A stretch of DNA of 64,000 nucleotides, from assembly GCF_047973135.1 (NCBI RefSeq), contig NZ_JBKEBL010000027.1, positions 10,071 to 74,070 on the forward strand, written 5' to 3'. Below the pieces are notes generated by a model. It saw nothing but the letters and a program-made list of their open reading frames with translations. It made no database searches and was not told where the DNA came from. The position numbers were made by a program, and so were the translations under genes. Positions 40,739-51,357 of this stretch are shown here, one piece after another (the stretch's first letter is position 1; each line of letters starts with the position of its first letter). This DNA comes from Paracoccus sp. (in: a-proteobacteria) (GTDB lineage Bacteria; Pseudomonadota; Alphaproteobacteria; Rhodobacterales; Rhodobacteraceae).

Positions 40739-40794
40739 TGTCACCTCCATGCGTTTCGGGCGATATGACCCCAGATCGCGGAAAAGGGAAAGCC

Positions 40795-41115
40795 ATGGCA
40801 GAGCAGGTCTATACGCTTCTGGTTCAGGTCGGTCGCGCAGCCGATGACGGGTTGCCCAGGGGCGCAAGCGGCGCGGCGCTGGTCTGTTATGCCTCGGGCA
40901 AGGATGAGGGTGAGGCCGTGCGCGAAACCGTCGCCATCCTGAAACAGGCCGATCTTGCCCCCATCGAGGTCACCAGCCACGGCACCATCGGCGAGCGCCT
41001 GGCCGAGGGCCATGACATCCCTGATGAGGAACGCGCCCTGATGGATCGCGCGCTGGCCGAGAACGCCGTGATTGTGGCCCAGATCGAGCCGCTTTTCGAC
41101 GAAGGGCAGGGTTGA
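40795..41115 (+). CDS. Hypothetical protein
   Basis: Clean ORF with RBS and host-like codon usage (VYTLLVQVGR...EAVRETVAILKQAD). Confidence 0.7.
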   Translation: MAEQVYTLLVQVGRAADDGLPRGASGAALVCYASGKDEGEAVRETVAILKQADLAPIEVTSHGTIGERLAEGHDIPDEERALMDRALAENAVIVAQIEPLFDEGQG

Positions 41116-41195
41116 TCCGCCCCTATCCAGCCGGACCGGGCTGGGCTAGAGTGCCTGCAAAACTTGGGCAGATAATGAAACGGACAGGCACAGAC

Positions 41196-42452
41196 ATGAC
41201 CAGACGCATTCCCCGTATCGCGCTGACGGCCCTGCTGATCGGCACGCTTTCCAGCTGCGGCGTCTCGCTCAGCCAGACGCCGGGTGCGGTGATCGGCGGT
41301 CAGTTCGGCGGTCTGCCCACAGCGAACGGTTACGGCAGCGAGACGGGTTTCCGCAACTGGGTCATGGCCTTTCGCCCCCGCGCGCTGGCGGCGGGGGTTT
41401 CACCGGGCGTTTTCGACAGCGCCATGGCCGGTGCGCATTATCAGCCCGGCATTGTGGCCTTGGACGGACGGCAAAGCGAATTTTCCAGGCAGATCTGGGA
41501 ATATCTGGATGGCGCGGTCGGCGGCTCGCGCATTACGACAGGCCGGGCCATGGCCGGGCGCCATGCCAGTACGCTGTCGGCCATTGAGGCGCGTTATGGC
41601 GTCCCGCGCGAGGTGGTGCTGGCCGTTTGGGGCATGGAATCCAATTACGGCGCCAATCGTGGCAGCACGCAGATCGTACCGGCGCTGGCAACGTTGGCCT
41701 ATGATGGACGGCGGGGCGAATTCTTTGCTGGCGAGTTGGTCGCCGCCCTGCGGATCATCCAGGCAGGCGATGTGGACAGCGCCCATCTGGTCGGCAGCTG
41801 GGCCGGCGCCATGGGGCATACGCAGTTCATGCCATCATCCTTCCTCAGCCATGCGGTTGATTTCAACGGCGACGGACGGCGCGACATCTGGTCGAACGAT
41901 CCGACCGACGCGCTGGCCTCGACGGCCTCATATCTGCGCCAGATGGGATGGCGCCCCGGCCAGAGCTGGGGGACCGAGGTCGTGCTGCCACAAGGCTTCG
42001 ACTATAATCAGACGGGCAAATCCGTCAGCCGTTCGGGCAGCCAATGGGCGGGAATGGGCGTGCGCACGATGAACGGCACGGCGGTGCCTTCGGGTTCGAT
42101 CCTGCTGCCAGCGGGCGCGCGCGGCCCGGCCTTCCTGATCACGGAAAACTTCCGCGCCATCCTGAAATACAACACTTCGGACAGCTATGCGCTGGGGGTC
42201 GCCTATCTGGGCGAGGCCATCGCCGGCCGCTCGGGCATTCGCGGCAGTTGGCCGCGCGGCGATCGTGCGCTTTCCAGCAGTGAGAAAACGGAAATCCAGC
42301 GCCAGCTGAATGCGCGCGGTTTCGATACGGGCGGCGTGGACGGCAAGATCGGCAGCAAGACCTCGGATGCGATCAAGGCCTATCAGCGCACGCGCGGGGT
42401 GACGCCCGACGGCTATGCCGATACCCGCCTGCTGGCGCTGCTGCGCGGCTGA
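41196..42452 (+). CDS. Lytic murein transglycosylase (MltB-like) lipoprotein with PG-binding domain
   Basis: LSSC lipobox, WGMESNYG, GSWAGAMGHTQFMPS, DFNGDGRRD. Confidence 0.93.
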   Translation: MTRRIPRIALTALLIGTLSSCGVSLSQTPGAVIGGQFGGLPTANGYGSETGFRNWVMAFRPRALAAGVSPGVFDSAMAGAHYQPGIVALDGRQSEFSRQIWEYLDGAVGGSRITTGRAMAGRHASTLSAIEARYGVPREVVLAVWGMESNYGANRGSTQIVPALATLAYDGRRGEFFAGELVAALRIIQAGDVDSAHLVGSWAGAMGHTQFMPSSFLSHAVDFNGDGRRDIWSNDPTDALASTASYLRQMGWRPGQSWGTEVVLPQGFDYNQTGKSVSRSGSQWAGMGVRTMNGTAVPSGSILLPAGARGPAFLITENFRAILKYNTSDSYALGVAYLGEAIAGRSGIRGSWPRGDRALSSSEKTEIQRQLNARGFDTGGVDGKIGSKTSDAIKAYQRTRGVTPDGYADTRLLALLRG

Positions 42453-42488
42453 ACGCGAACAGGGGCGGCCCGATGCGCCGCCCCCGTC

Positions 42489-42510
42489 TTTCTTCTTCAT
42501 CCAAATATCC
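42489..42510 (+). repeat. REP-like intergenic repeat, copy A
   Basis: TTTCTTCTTCATCCAAATATCC, similar to the copies at 47324-47405 and 50378-50399. Confidence 0.5.
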
Positions 42511-42546
42511 ATACCGCCCGGATCATCGGGCCAGACCGTGCCGTAT

Positions 42547-43044
42547 CTAGGCCAGAACGTCCCGAAACTCGCGCAGCACCTGCGTATAGACCGCGCGCTT
42601 GAAGGGTACGATGCCGTCGATCAGATCGGTGGCGCGCATCCATTGCCAGCGGTCGAATTCGGGATGCTCGGTCGCGATCTGCACCGCGCTGTCCTTGCCC
42701 AGAAAGCGCATGGCGAACCATTTCTGTTTCTGCCCGCCATATTTGCCCTTCCAGACCTTGCCCAGCAATTCGGGCGGCAGATCATAGGTCACCCAGCCGG
42801 AGGTTTCGGCCAGCACATCGACCAGACCAGCCGCGACGCCGGTTTCCTCGACCAACTCGCGCAATGCGGCCTCGCGCGGGGTTTCCCCCGTGTCGATCCC
42901 GCCCTGCGGCATCTGCCAGGCAGGCGGCGCGTCCCTGGGCCGGTCGATGCGTTGCCCGGCAAAGACAAGCCCTTGCGGGTTGATCAGCACGACCCCCGCG
43001 CAGGGGCGATAGGGCAGACCCGAAGGGCCAAGCGGCGCGTTCAT
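42547..43044 (-). CDS. rppH: RNA pyrophosphohydrolase
   Basis: [15 protein letters not shown], Nudix box [26 protein letters not shown]. Confidence 0.95.
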   Translation of the reverse strand: MNAPLGPSGLPYRPCAGVVLINPQGLVFAGQRIDRPRDAPPAWQMPQGGIDTGETPREAALRELVEETGVAAGLVDVLAETSGWVTYDLPPELLGKVWKGKYGGQKQKWFAMRFLGKDSAVQIATEHPEFDRWQWMRATDLIDGIVPFKRAVYTQVLREFRDVLA

Positions 43045-44456
43045 TCCGTCCGCGCGCCCTGACCTGAAGCCTCGCCGGTATTGGCGGGCTTGGCTGCCTC
43101 GGATACCTCGCGGGCATTGTAATCCATCGCCACCAGCCCTTTCAGGATATCGACGGCATAGGCCAGTTGATAATCCTCTTCGCGCAGCTTGGCGGTGGCC
43201 TCGACCTGCTCGGCCTCGGCCTCGATCTGCTTGCGTTCCTCGTCGGTGATGGAATCGTTGTTCAGCGCGCCGCGCAGATCGGCTTCGGAACTCAGGAACC
43301 TGGATTCGGTACGCGGCTTGTCCTCTTCTTCCTCTTCGGCGGTCTTGGGGCGGGGCTGTTCGACGATGATGTCGGGCTGGATGCCCAGCGACTGGATCGA
43401 GCGCCCGGACGGCGTGTAATAACGCGCCGTGGTCAGGCGGATGGCGCTGTCGGCGGTGACCGGCATCACCGTCTGGACCGAACCCTTGCCAAAGGATTTG
43501 GTGCCCACGACGATGGCGCGGCGGTGATCCTGCAGGGCGCCGGTCACGATCTCGGAGGCACTGGCCGAACCGCCATTGATCAGCACGACGATGGGCTTGC
43601 CCTCGGCCAGATCGCCCATGCGGGCGTTCCAGCGCTCGCTTTCCTCGGCCTTGCGGCCACGGGTCGAGACGATTTCACCCTTGTCGAGGAAGGCGTCTGA
43701 CACCTCGATCGCCTGATTGAGCAACCCGCCCGGATTGTTGCGCAGGTCAAGGACAAAGCCGGTGATCTTGTCGATGCCGCCGGCATCCTTGACCGCCTTT
43801 TCCATCTCGGATTTCAGCGTGTCCATGGTCTCGTCATTGAAGGTCGAGACGCGCAGCACGACGGAATGGCCCTCGACGCGGGTCTTGACGACGGTCAGCT
43901 TGATCGTGTCGCGCACGATGGTCAGATCGAAAGGCTCGGTCTCGCCTTCGCGCAGGATGGTGATCTTGATTTCCGAGCCGACCGGGCCGCGCATCTTTTC
44001 GACGGCCTCGTCCAGCGTCAGGCCCATCAGCGATTCGCCGTTCACATGGGTGATGAAATCGCCCGCCTCGACGCCTGCTTCGGCGGCGGGGGTGTCGTCG
44101 ATGGGCGAGATCACCTTGACCAGCCCGTCCTCTTGTCCGACCTCGATGCCCAGACCGCCAAAGCTGCCGCGGGTCTGGGTCTGCATATCCTCGTAATCCT
44201 TGGCCGACAGGAACGAGCTGTGCGGATCAAGCGAGGTCAGCATGCCGTTGATCGCAGCCTCGATCAGGGTTTTGTCATCGACCTGCTCGACATAATCGGC
44301 GCGCACACGCTCGAACACGTTCCCGAACAGGTCGAGCTGTTCGTAGATCGAGGCATTTTTGCCGGTCTCCTGTGCGACCAGGGGGCCCGCGAATTGGGTG
44401 GCGACAACTGCGCCTGCCAGGGTGCCGACCACGCCGGCCAGAAGATAGTGTTTCAT
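43041..44456 (-). CDS. ctpA: S41 C-terminal processing peptidase
   Basis: [39 protein letters not shown]. Confidence 0.93.
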   Translation of the reverse strand: MKHYLLAGVVGTLAGAVVATQFAGPLVAQETGKNASIYEQLDLFGNVFERVRADYVEQVDDKTLIEAAINGMLTSLDPHSSFLSAKDYEDMQTQTRGSFGGLGIEVGQEDGLVKVISPIDDTPAAEAGVEAGDFITHVNGESLMGLTLDEAVEKMRGPVGSEIKITILREGETEPFDLTIVRDTIKLTVVKTRVEGHSVVLRVSTFNDETMDTLKSEMEKAVKDAGGIDKITGFVLDLRNNPGGLLNQAIEVSDAFLDKGEIVSTRGRKAEESERWNARMGDLAEGKPIVVLINGGSASASEIVTGALQDHRRAIVVGTKSFGKGSVQTVMPVTADSAIRLTTARYYTPSGRSIQSLGIQPDIIVEQPRPKTAEEEEEDKPRTESRFLSSEADLRGALNNDSITDEERKQIEAEAEQVEATAKLREEDYQLAYAVDILKGLVAMDYNAREVSEAAKPANTGEASGQGARTE

Positions 44457-45691
44457 TCGGTCGTTCCGTCCTGCCCGGTTGTGTTCTGGCCCATTGTGCT
44501 CTGGCTGGCCTCGCCGATGATAGGATTCATCACGAACCATTCAGCCGGGTCCAGAGTTTCCTTGCCCTTGCGAAGTTCAACATACAGTGTCTCGGTCTGT
44601 CCAGCACCGCCGCCAACGGCGGCATTGGCGACGAATTCCGCGCCGAACTCCTGAGCCGGGGGTTCCGCCCCGCCCATCAGGCCGATCGGCTCGCCAGGGG
44701 CAAGGACATCCCCCACCTCGCCAAAGACCTGCGCAAGTCCGGCGAATATCAACAAATAACCCCTTGCGGGCTCGATGATCATCACATTGCCGTAATCAAG
44801 CAGCGGGCCGCGGTAGCGAATTGTCGCAGCCGTTGGCGTGGTGACCAGCGCCGCCGGTCCGGTGGCAATGACCAGACCGGGACGCCTGACCCCCGCCGCG
44901 TCGGCTTCGCCATAGGCGCGCAGCACCGTGCCAAAGACCGGCAAGGGCAGGCTGCCCTGCGCGCCCTCGAAATCAGACATGGGTGCGCCGATATCCTTTT
45001 CCATGCCGACGATTCCCTCGGCAAAGGCGTCGAGCGTATCGGCCGAGTTCACCAGCGCGGTCAGCTCGGCCGGGTCCTGCCCGAAACGCACCGGCATCGA
45101 ACTGCGATCGGTCACCGCCGAGGCCAGCAGCTGGCGCGCTTCCTGCACCTGCGCCAGCCCCTGCGCCAGCGTATTGGCGGCGCTCAACTGCAGGGCACGG
45201 ACAGTGGCGATCTCGGCAAGGCGGGATTGCATGATCTGGGCCTCGGCTTGCAGGCCGGGCGCGACCGAGGACAGGATCATGCCCGCCCGCGCCGAGGCTT
45301 CTGGCCCCGAAGGGTGCAGAAGCAGCATGGTCTCGGGTGAACGCTGCATGGCGGTCATCACGCCGACGACCCGGCCCAGCTTGTCACGGCGGGCGTCGAA
45401 TTCGGCGCGGATCTGCTGTTCGCGGATACCCGCCCGGCGTAACCCGTCGCGCAGGGCCGACAGCCCCTTTTCATAGGCGCGGATCATCTGCGTCAGCGAG
45501 GCGACCTGATCTTGCTTGGTCAGCGCCTCGTCCAACTGCCCCGTCGCCTCGCGCAGCATCTCGGCGGCGGCTGCCGCCTCGCGCGCGGCCTCGCCCAAGG
45601 CGGAATCCGTCACAGCCGTGGTCTGTGCCGGGGCCGTCGTCGCAAGGCTCGCGGCAAGGCAAAGGGACGACAGGAACGGGCCGAACCTCAT
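44453..45691 (-). CDS. envC: Murein hydrolase activator EnvC-like (degenerate M23)
   Basis: Signal peptide, coiled coil, LPLPVFG...YRGPLLDYGNVMII...LYVELR; gpmI-envC-ctpA synteny. Confidence 0.85.
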   Translation of the reverse strand: MRFGPFLSSLCLAASLATTAPAQTTAVTDSALGEAAREAAAAAEMLREATGQLDEALTKQDQVASLTQMIRAYEKGLSALRDGLRRAGIREQQIRAEFDARRDKLGRVVGVMTAMQRSPETMLLLHPSGPEASARAGMILSSVAPGLQAEAQIMQSRLAEIATVRALQLSAANTLAQGLAQVQEARQLLASAVTDRSSMPVRFGQDPAELTALVNSADTLDAFAEGIVGMEKDIGAPMSDFEGAQGSLPLPVFGTVLRAYGEADAAGVRRPGLVIATGPAALVTTPTAATIRYRGPLLDYGNVMIIEPARGYLLIFAGLAQVFGEVGDVLAPGEPIGLMGGAEPPAQEFGAEFVANAAVGGGAGQTETLYVELRKGKETLDPAEWFVMNPIIGEASQSTMGQNTTGQDGTTE

Positions 45692-47211
45692 GCGCGCCGG
45701 ATCAGCGAACTGCCCGTCATTTCGGGCGGCAGGTCGAGGCCCATCAGATCGAGCACGGTGGGGGCGACATCGGCCAGCCTGCCATCGGTCAGGCCAGCCC
45801 CTTCGGGGGCACCGAAGACGACGACCGGGACGGGATTGACGGTATGGGCGGTGTGCGGGCCGCCGGTCTCGGGGTCGATCATGGTTTCGCAATTGCCGTG
45901 ATCGGCGATGACGACCGCAGCACCTCCGGCTTTTTCCAGCGCGTCCAGCATCATGCCCAGCCCCTTGTCCACGGCCTCGACGGCGCGGACGGCGGCGGGC
46001 AGGCTGCCGGTATGGCCGACCATGTCGGGATTGGCGAAATTCACCACGACCAGATCGTAGCCCGTTTCGATCGCCTCGACCAGCTTGGCGCTGACCTCGG
46101 GCGCGGCCATTTCCGGCGCGAGGTCATAGGTCGCGACCTTGGGGCTGGCGGGCATGAAACGGTCCTCGCCCGGCTCGGGGGCCTCGCGACCACCGTTCAG
46201 GAAGAAGGTGACATGGGGGTATTTCTCGGTCTCGGCGAGACGGAATTGCCTGAGTCCCTTGGCCGCGACCCATGCGCCCAGAGTGTTGAGGACCTGACGC
46301 TTGGGATAGGCGGCCTGCATATATTCGTCATGTTTGGCCGAGTAATCGACCATGCCCAAGAGCGCGGCCCATTGCGGGCGCATGCCGGTATCGAAGGCGT
46401 CGAAACCGGGCTGGCCGAGGGCGGCAAGGATCTCGCGCGCACGGTCGGCGCGGAAGTTCAGGCAGAAGATGCCGTCGCCATCCCTGGCCCCTTTGAACCC
46501 GTCCAGAACGGTCGGTTCGATGAACTCATCGGTCTCGCCACGGGCATAGGCAGCCTCAACTGCCTGCGCCGCGTCGGCAGCATGCAGCCCCTCGGCACGG
46601 GTCATCGCGGCAAAGGCGTGGCTGACGCGTTCCCAGCGGTTGTCACGGTCCATGGCGTAATAACGCCCGATCACCGTGCCGACTGAGACCCCGGCGGGCA
46701 GTTTTTTCAGCAGCGTGGCGACATAGCCATCTGCAGATTTCGGCGGAACGTCGCGGCCATCGGTGATGGCATGGATGACGACCGGCACGCCCTTGTCGGC
46801 CACGGCCTTCGCCGCCGCCAGAACATGCTGGATATGGCCATGCACGCCACCATCCGAGACGACGCCCATCAGATGCGCTGTGCCGCCGCTGGCTTTCAGC
46901 TTGTCGGCAAAGGCGAGGATCTCGGGGTTGGCAAAGAAGCTGCCATCTTCGATGGCAAGGTCGATCTGGCCCAGATCCATGGCGACGACGCGACCCGCGC
47001 CAATATTCGTGTGCCCGACCTCGGAATTGCCCATCTGACCACGCGGCAGGCCGACATCGGGACCAAAGGTGATCAGCGTGCCATGCGGACAGTCGCGCAT
47101 CAGCCGGTCGAAATTCGGGGTATTGGCCTGATCAGGCGCGCTTTGCTCGGGGCGGGTGGAAATGCCCCAACCATCAAGGATGCAAAGGACGACGGGTTTG
47201 CGATTGCTCAT
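45688..47211 (-). CDS. gpmI: 2,3-bisphosphoglycerate-independent phosphoglycerate mutase
   Basis: LDGWG, MGNSEVGH, GRYYAMDRD, AETEKYPHVT, NPDMVGHTG, ADHGN. Confidence 0.97.
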   Translation of the reverse strand: MSNRKPVVLCILDGWGISTRPEQSAPDQANTPNFDRLMRDCPHGTLITFGPDVGLPRGQMGNSEVGHTNIGAGRVVAMDLGQIDLAIEDGSFFANPEILAFADKLKASGGTAHLMGVVSDGGVHGHIQHVLAAAKAVADKGVPVVIHAITDGRDVPPKSADGYVATLLKKLPAGVSVGTVIGRYYAMDRDNRWERVSHAFAAMTRAEGLHAADAAQAVEAAYARGETDEFIEPTVLDGFKGARDGDGIFCLNFRADRAREILAALGQPGFDAFDTGMRPQWAALLGMVDYSAKHDEYMQAAYPKRQVLNTLGAWVAAKGLRQFRLAETEKYPHVTFFLNGGREAPEPGEDRFMPASPKVATYDLAPEMAAPEVSAKLVEAIETGYDLVVVNFANPDMVGHTGSLPAAVRAVEAVDKGLGMMLDALEKAGGAAVVIADHGNCETMIDPETGGPHTAHTVNPVPVVVFGAPEGAGLTDGRLADVAPTVLDLMGLDLPPEMTGSSLIRRA

Positions 47212-47323
47212 TGGCGCCTCATTCTGGTCGTCCCGCTTCTACGACCCTGATCGGCTCAGGGCAAGTTTGCTGCCGTCAAGCCTTCGCGAAGAGAGGGCGG
47301 CGCTGGCCGAGAGCGGCAATCTC

Positions 47324-47405
47324 GCATGGGTATTTATGAAACGAAGAAGACCGGCGTCGGGGCAGGACACCAAGATCGGCTTCTTCGTTTTTCAAATACC
47401 CATGC
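47324..47405. repeat. Inverted pair of REP-like repeats (copies B/C)
   Basis: GCATGGGTATTTATGAAACGAAGAAG ... CTTCTTCGTTTTTCAAATACCCATGC. Confidence 0.75.
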
Positions 47406-47436
47406 CGAGGCTTGACGGAAGCGCCGCGCTTGCCGT

Positions 47437-48609
47437 TCAGGCGCGGGCCTCCGCAGCGATTTCGGCGCGGGATTTGCGACCGCGTTCGGTGGCCGACTTC
47501 AGCTGGCCGCAGGCGGCCATGATGTCCTCGCCGCGCGGGGTGCGGATCGGGCTGGCATAGCCCGCCTTGTGGATGATATCGGCGAATGCCTCGATCCGTT
47601 CCCAGCTGGAGCGCTTATAGGCGACGCCGGGCCATTCGTTGAACGGGATCAGGTTGATCTTGGCCGGGATGCCGCGGATCAGCTTGACCAGACGGCGGGC
47701 ATCCGCGTCACTGTCGTTCACGCCGTCGAGCATGACATATTCGAAGGTGATGCGCTCGGAATTCGACAGGCGCGGGTACTCGCGCAGCGCATTCAGAAGC
47801 GTCTCGATGTTCCATTTCTTGTTCACCGGAACCAGCATATTGCGGGTCTCGTCGGTGGTGGCATGGAAGCTGACGGCCAGAAGGCAGCCGATCTCCTCGG
47901 CGGTCTTGGCGATCTCGGGGACGATGCCGGAGGTCGACAGCGTGATGCGGCGGCGCGACAGGCTGATGCCCTCGCCATCCATCACGACCTTCATCGCGTC
48001 GCGGACATTGTCGAAATTGTAGAGCGGTTCGCCCATGCCCATCAGCACGACGTTGCTGACCAGCCGCGTCTCGTCCTTGGGTGCGCCCTGCACCGGCCAT
48101 TCGCCCAGATCGTCGCGTGCCACCATGACCTGCCCGACGATTTCCCCGGCCGTCAGGTTGCGCACCAGCTTTTGCGTGCCGGTGTGGCAGAAGGAGCAGG
48201 TCAGCGTGCAACCAACTTGACTGGAAATGCACAGCGTGCCGCGCGATTCCTCGGGGATATAGACGGTTTCGACCTCATGCCCCCCGGCGATGCGCAGCAG
48301 GTATTTGCGCGTGCCGTCGGCGCTGACCTGACGGGTGACGATCTCGGGGACCGAGATTTCAAACCGCTCGGCGAGGAAGGCGCGGTAATCCTTGGCGAGG
48401 TTGGTCATTTGCGCGAAGTCGCGCACGCCCCAGTGGTAGACCCATTGCCAGATCTGGCCGACCCGCATTCTGGCCTGCTTTTCGGGCGTCCCGGCCTCGA
48501 TCAGTGCGTCGCGCAGCTGGTCGCGGGTCAGGCCGACGATATTCGTCAGCGCCGATTCCGGCAGTTTGCGCGGAATGGTCAAAAGGTCCTGCGTGATCGG
48601 GGCGGTCAT
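47437..48609 (-). CDS. rlmN: 23S rRNA A2503/tRNA A37 C2-methyltransferase
   Basis: [37 protein letters not shown]. Confidence 0.97.
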   Translation of the reverse strand: MTAPITQDLLTIPRKLPESALTNIVGLTRDQLRDALIEAGTPEKQARMRVGQIWQWVYHWGVRDFAQMTNLAKDYRAFLAERFEISVPEIVTRQVSADGTRKYLLRIAGGHEVETVYIPEESRGTLCISSQVGCTLTCSFCHTGTQKLVRNLTAGEIVGQVMVARDDLGEWPVQGAPKDETRLVSNVVLMGMGEPLYNFDNVRDAMKVVMDGEGISLSRRRITLSTSGIVPEIAKTAEEIGCLLAVSFHATTDETRNMLVPVNKKWNIETLLNALREYPRLSNSERITFEYVMLDGVNDSDADARRLVKLIRGIPAKINLIPFNEWPGVAYKRSSWERIEAFADIIHKAGYASPIRTPRGEDIMAACGQLKSATERGRKSRAEIAAEARA

Positions 48610-48665
48610 GGCTGGGCTATCCGGGCGGCAATGGGGGAAGGCGTGTATATAGGCTAATCGGGGCC

Positions 48666-48693
48666 AAAAGAAAACAGGGGCCGAAGCCCCTGT
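48666..48693 (-). terminator. Rho-independent terminator of the IalB-family gene
   Basis: Minus strand ACAGGGGC-TTCG-GCCCCTGT followed by TTTCTTTT. Confidence 0.8.
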
Positions 48694-48728
48694 CTCACAG
48701 ATTCATCACGTCAATGCGGGATCGGCGC

Positions 48729-49256
48729 TTACTGGCAGCCCGATTTGGCCGCATTGGTCATCGCGGTGATGCCCGACAGGCTGAACGTGTCCTTGGTCAC
48801 GGTGCCGCGCGCCGAGCGGCCGGTGACGATGGCGCTGGAACCCGAGCGCAGGGCCGAGATCAGCTTGCTGTCATCCGAGCTGGAGCCCGGCCATGCGCTT
48901 TCGCCCTCGGTGAAGAGGGTGAAGACCTGACCGCCGATGCTGACCTCGACCGTCGAATCCGGGGCGAAAGGATAGCCGCCAGCAAAGGAAACCTCGCCCG
49001 ACTGGCCGGGGCGATAGGCGACATAAAGGCGGATATCGCCGCGCGTCACCTCTTTGGGATTGCCCTGCGAATCGGTGTTACGGGTGGATTTGGGCGCCGA
49101 TACGGCCCAGCATTCCCGCGGGCTGCTGGCCGAGAACGACGTCCAGTCACCTTGCTGGCCGATCTCCTTGGTTGAATCCTGCGCGAAGACGGGGGTGGTA
49201 TTGGCGACTGCGATTGCGGTGAGGACCGCCGCAACGCGCGACGCGGAATTCAACAT
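48729..49256 (-). CDS. Invasion-associated locus B (IalB) family protein
   Basis: Signal peptide; GDW...ECWAVS.P, GYPF, SARGT.T.D.FSL.G.TA pattern; GGAGG RBS. Confidence 0.8.
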   Translation of the reverse strand: MLNSASRVAAVLTAIAVANTTPVFAQDSTKEIGQQGDWTSFSASSPRECWAVSAPKSTRNTDSQGNPKEVTRGDIRLYVAYRPGQSGEVSFAGGYPFAPDSTVEVSIGGQVFTLFTEGESAWPGSSSDDSKLISALRSGSSAIVTGRSARGTVTKDTFSLSGITAMTNAAKSGCQ

Positions 49257-49557
49257 GCTCTGGCCTCCTGCCATGGTCCGGTTTGTCCGGGCTTGTTGCC
49301 GATGAATGTGCTGCTTTCAAGCATCTTGGCGCAGGATAGTGCGAAAAAGGGGTGGCGAAAAAGCCCTGAAGGCCGAAATCGCGCAATTGTCAGTGGAAAT
49401 AACTGTTTTGACAACGGAATCTTTGCCCGGAGGGTCATGGGGCGCGGCTGGCTTGTGGCGGCTTCAGCGCAGCGCCGGGCCACGTTTGTCCGATGCGGTG
49501 CGATGGATTGCCATTCGCGGTTTGGGCGGGTTTCGCGCGAATCGCGAAACCGGACGC

Positions 49558-50316
49558 TCAGAACAGGCGGCGCAGCAGCTGTAATGCGAGCAGGCTGGAG
49601 GTGATGACCAGAACCGGCTTGATCACCCGGGCGCCGACCCGCATGGCGAGGCGCGATCCCAGCATGGCCCCGGCGATCTGGGCCACGGCCATCACCGCGC
49701 CGAGCAGCCAGAGCGGTTTGGCCACTGCCGCAAAGGCGATGAGGCTGCCGAGATTGGAGGCGAAATTCAGCAGTTTGGTGTGGGCATTGGCCTTGAGCAC
49801 GCCATATCCGGCCAGCGTCACGAAGCCCAGCATGAAGAAGGCCCCGGTGCCGGGTCCGATCAGCCCGTCGTAAAAGCCGATCAGGGGGACGATGCTGATC
49901 GCGAACAGGGCAGGCGACATGCGCCGCGCCCGGTCGAAATCGTTGAGGCCGGGCTTGAAGGCAAAGAACAGGGCAATGGCGATCAGCAGGACCGGCAGCA
50001 GGTAGCGCAGGGCCTCGGTCGGGATCGAGGTGACGCAGAGCGTGCCCAGAAACCCCGCGACAAGCGCCACCGCCGCCTCGCGGATCTGGGTCGAAGGGGT
50101 GACCAGCCCGCGCCTTGCATAGGAAATGGCGGCGGTTGCCGCGCCGAAGATGCCCTGCACCTTGTTCGTTGCCAGCGCCTGTGTCGGCGGCAGGCCCGCC
50201 AGCATCAGGACGGGCACGGTGATCAGCCCCCCGCCTCCGGCGATGGAATCGACGAAGCCCGCGGCGAAGGCCGCAGCGGCGAGCATAAGGATCAGATCAA
50301 GCGAGAGGTCGAGCAT
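49558..50316 (-). CDS. TSUP (TauE/SafE) family membrane protein
   Basis: AGFVDSIAGGGGLITVP, ALATNK, GFYDGLIGPGTG, TKLLNFASN. Confidence 0.92.
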   Translation of the reverse strand: MLDLSLDLILMLAAAAFAAGFVDSIAGGGGLITVPVLMLAGLPPTQALATNKVQGIFGAATAAISYARRGLVTPSTQIREAAVALVAGFLGTLCVTSIPTEALRYLLPVLLIAIALFFAFKPGLNDFDRARRMSPALFAISIVPLIGFYDGLIGPGTGAFFMLGFVTLAGYGVLKANAHTKLLNFASNLGSLIAFAAVAKPLWLLGAVMAVAQIAGAMLGSRLAMRVGARVIKPVLVITSSLLALQLLRRLF

Positions 50317-50377
50317 CGCGGCATTACTGGCCCGGCTGCGCGGGACTGTAAAGGCCGTGCGGGTGGCGCGGTGGCAG

Positions 50378-50399
50378 GGGTATTTGAAAAACGCAGAAG
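50378..50399 (-). repeat. REP-like intergenic repeat, copy D
   Basis: Minus strand CTTCTGCGTTTTTCAAATACCC, one mismatch to copy B. Confidence 0.7.
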
Positions 50400-50418
50400 C
50401 GGCCGCTGCCGGGCGATT

Positions 50419-51357
50419 TCAGCCGCGCGGATGGGCTGCGCGGTAGACGGCGAGCAGGCGGGCGTCGTCGATCCCGGTATAGACCTGTGTCGTCGACAGG
50501 CTGGCATGGCCGAGCAGTTCCTGAATCGTGCGCAGATCGCCCCCGGCGGCCAGCAGGTGGCTGGCAAAGGAATGGCGCAGGGCATGGGGTGTCGCGGTCG
50601 GTGGCAGGCCCAGCGACTGGCGCATGATCCGCATCGCCTGCCCCATGACCGAGGCGTTCAGCCGGCCCCCGCGCGCGCCGCGAAACAGCGGGGCCTGGGC
50701 TTCGGTCGGGAAGGGGCAGAGGCGGAGATATTCCGCCACCGCCTCGCGGGCGACGGGCAGGACCGGGACCTGCCGTTCCTTTTGCCCCTTGCCGCGTATG
50801 GTCAGAGCCTCGCGCAGGGGCAGGTCGGCGCCGTCGAGTTGCAGCGCCTCGGAGATGCGCAGCCCGCAGCCGTAAAGCAGCGTCAGCACGGCAACGTCGC
50901 GGGCCGCGATCCACGGTTCGGGATGGGTTTCGGCGGCGATGTCGAGCAGGTCGCGGGCCTCGTCGGGGGCGAGCGGACGGGGCAGCGAGCGGGTGAATTT
51001 CGGCCCGCGCGAAGCCAGCGCCTTGGACGCGTCAAAGCCGTGGCGGTCCGACATCCAGCGGATAAAGCTGCGCACCGCCGAGAGCCTGCGCGCCAGCGAG
51101 CGTGCGCCCAGACCGCGCCCGCGTTCGGCGGCGGCAAAGGCGCGCATGTCGCTTTGCGTGAGCTGGCCCAGCGTGGCCGGGACCGCGGCACGGCCATGAT
51201 AGCCGCCGAGAAAGCTGAGAAATGCCAGCAGGTCGGCCTGATAGGCGCGGATCGTGTGGTCCGAACGGTCGCGTGTCGCGCGCTCACTGTCGAGCCAGCG
51301 CGCGAGCTGTTCGGCCATCAGCGGGGCCAGTGCGAGCGGCGCGGCCGCGCCGGTCAT
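50419..51357 (-). CDS. xerC: Tyrosine recombinase XerC
   Basis: LYGCGLRISE, GKGQKER, TPHALRHSFA, LLGHASLSTTQVY; DUF484 neighbour. Confidence 0.93.
   Translation of the reverse strand: MTGAAAPLALAPLMAEQLARWLDSERATRDRSDHTIRAYQADLLAFLSFLGGYHGRAAVPATLGQLTQSDMRAFAAAERGRGLGARSLARRLSAVRSFIRWMSDRHGFDASKALASRGPKFTRSLPRPLAPDEARDLLDIAAETHPEPWIAARDVAVLTLLYGCGLRISEALQLDGADLPLREALTIRGKGQKERQVPVLPVAREAVAEYLRLCPFPTEAQAPLFRGARGGRLNASVMGQAMRIMRQSLGLPPTATPHALRHSFASHLLAAGGDLRTIQELLGHASLSTTQVYTGIDDARLLAVYRAAHPRG

Noticed and set aside
47324..47405. CRISPR array
   Set aside because: The repeats are inverted or dispersed, not tandem direct repeats with spacers; no cas genes
50419..51357. Tyrosine recombinase as an island or prophage integrase
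   Set aside because: Size, motifs and fsa-DUF484 context indicate housekeeping XerC
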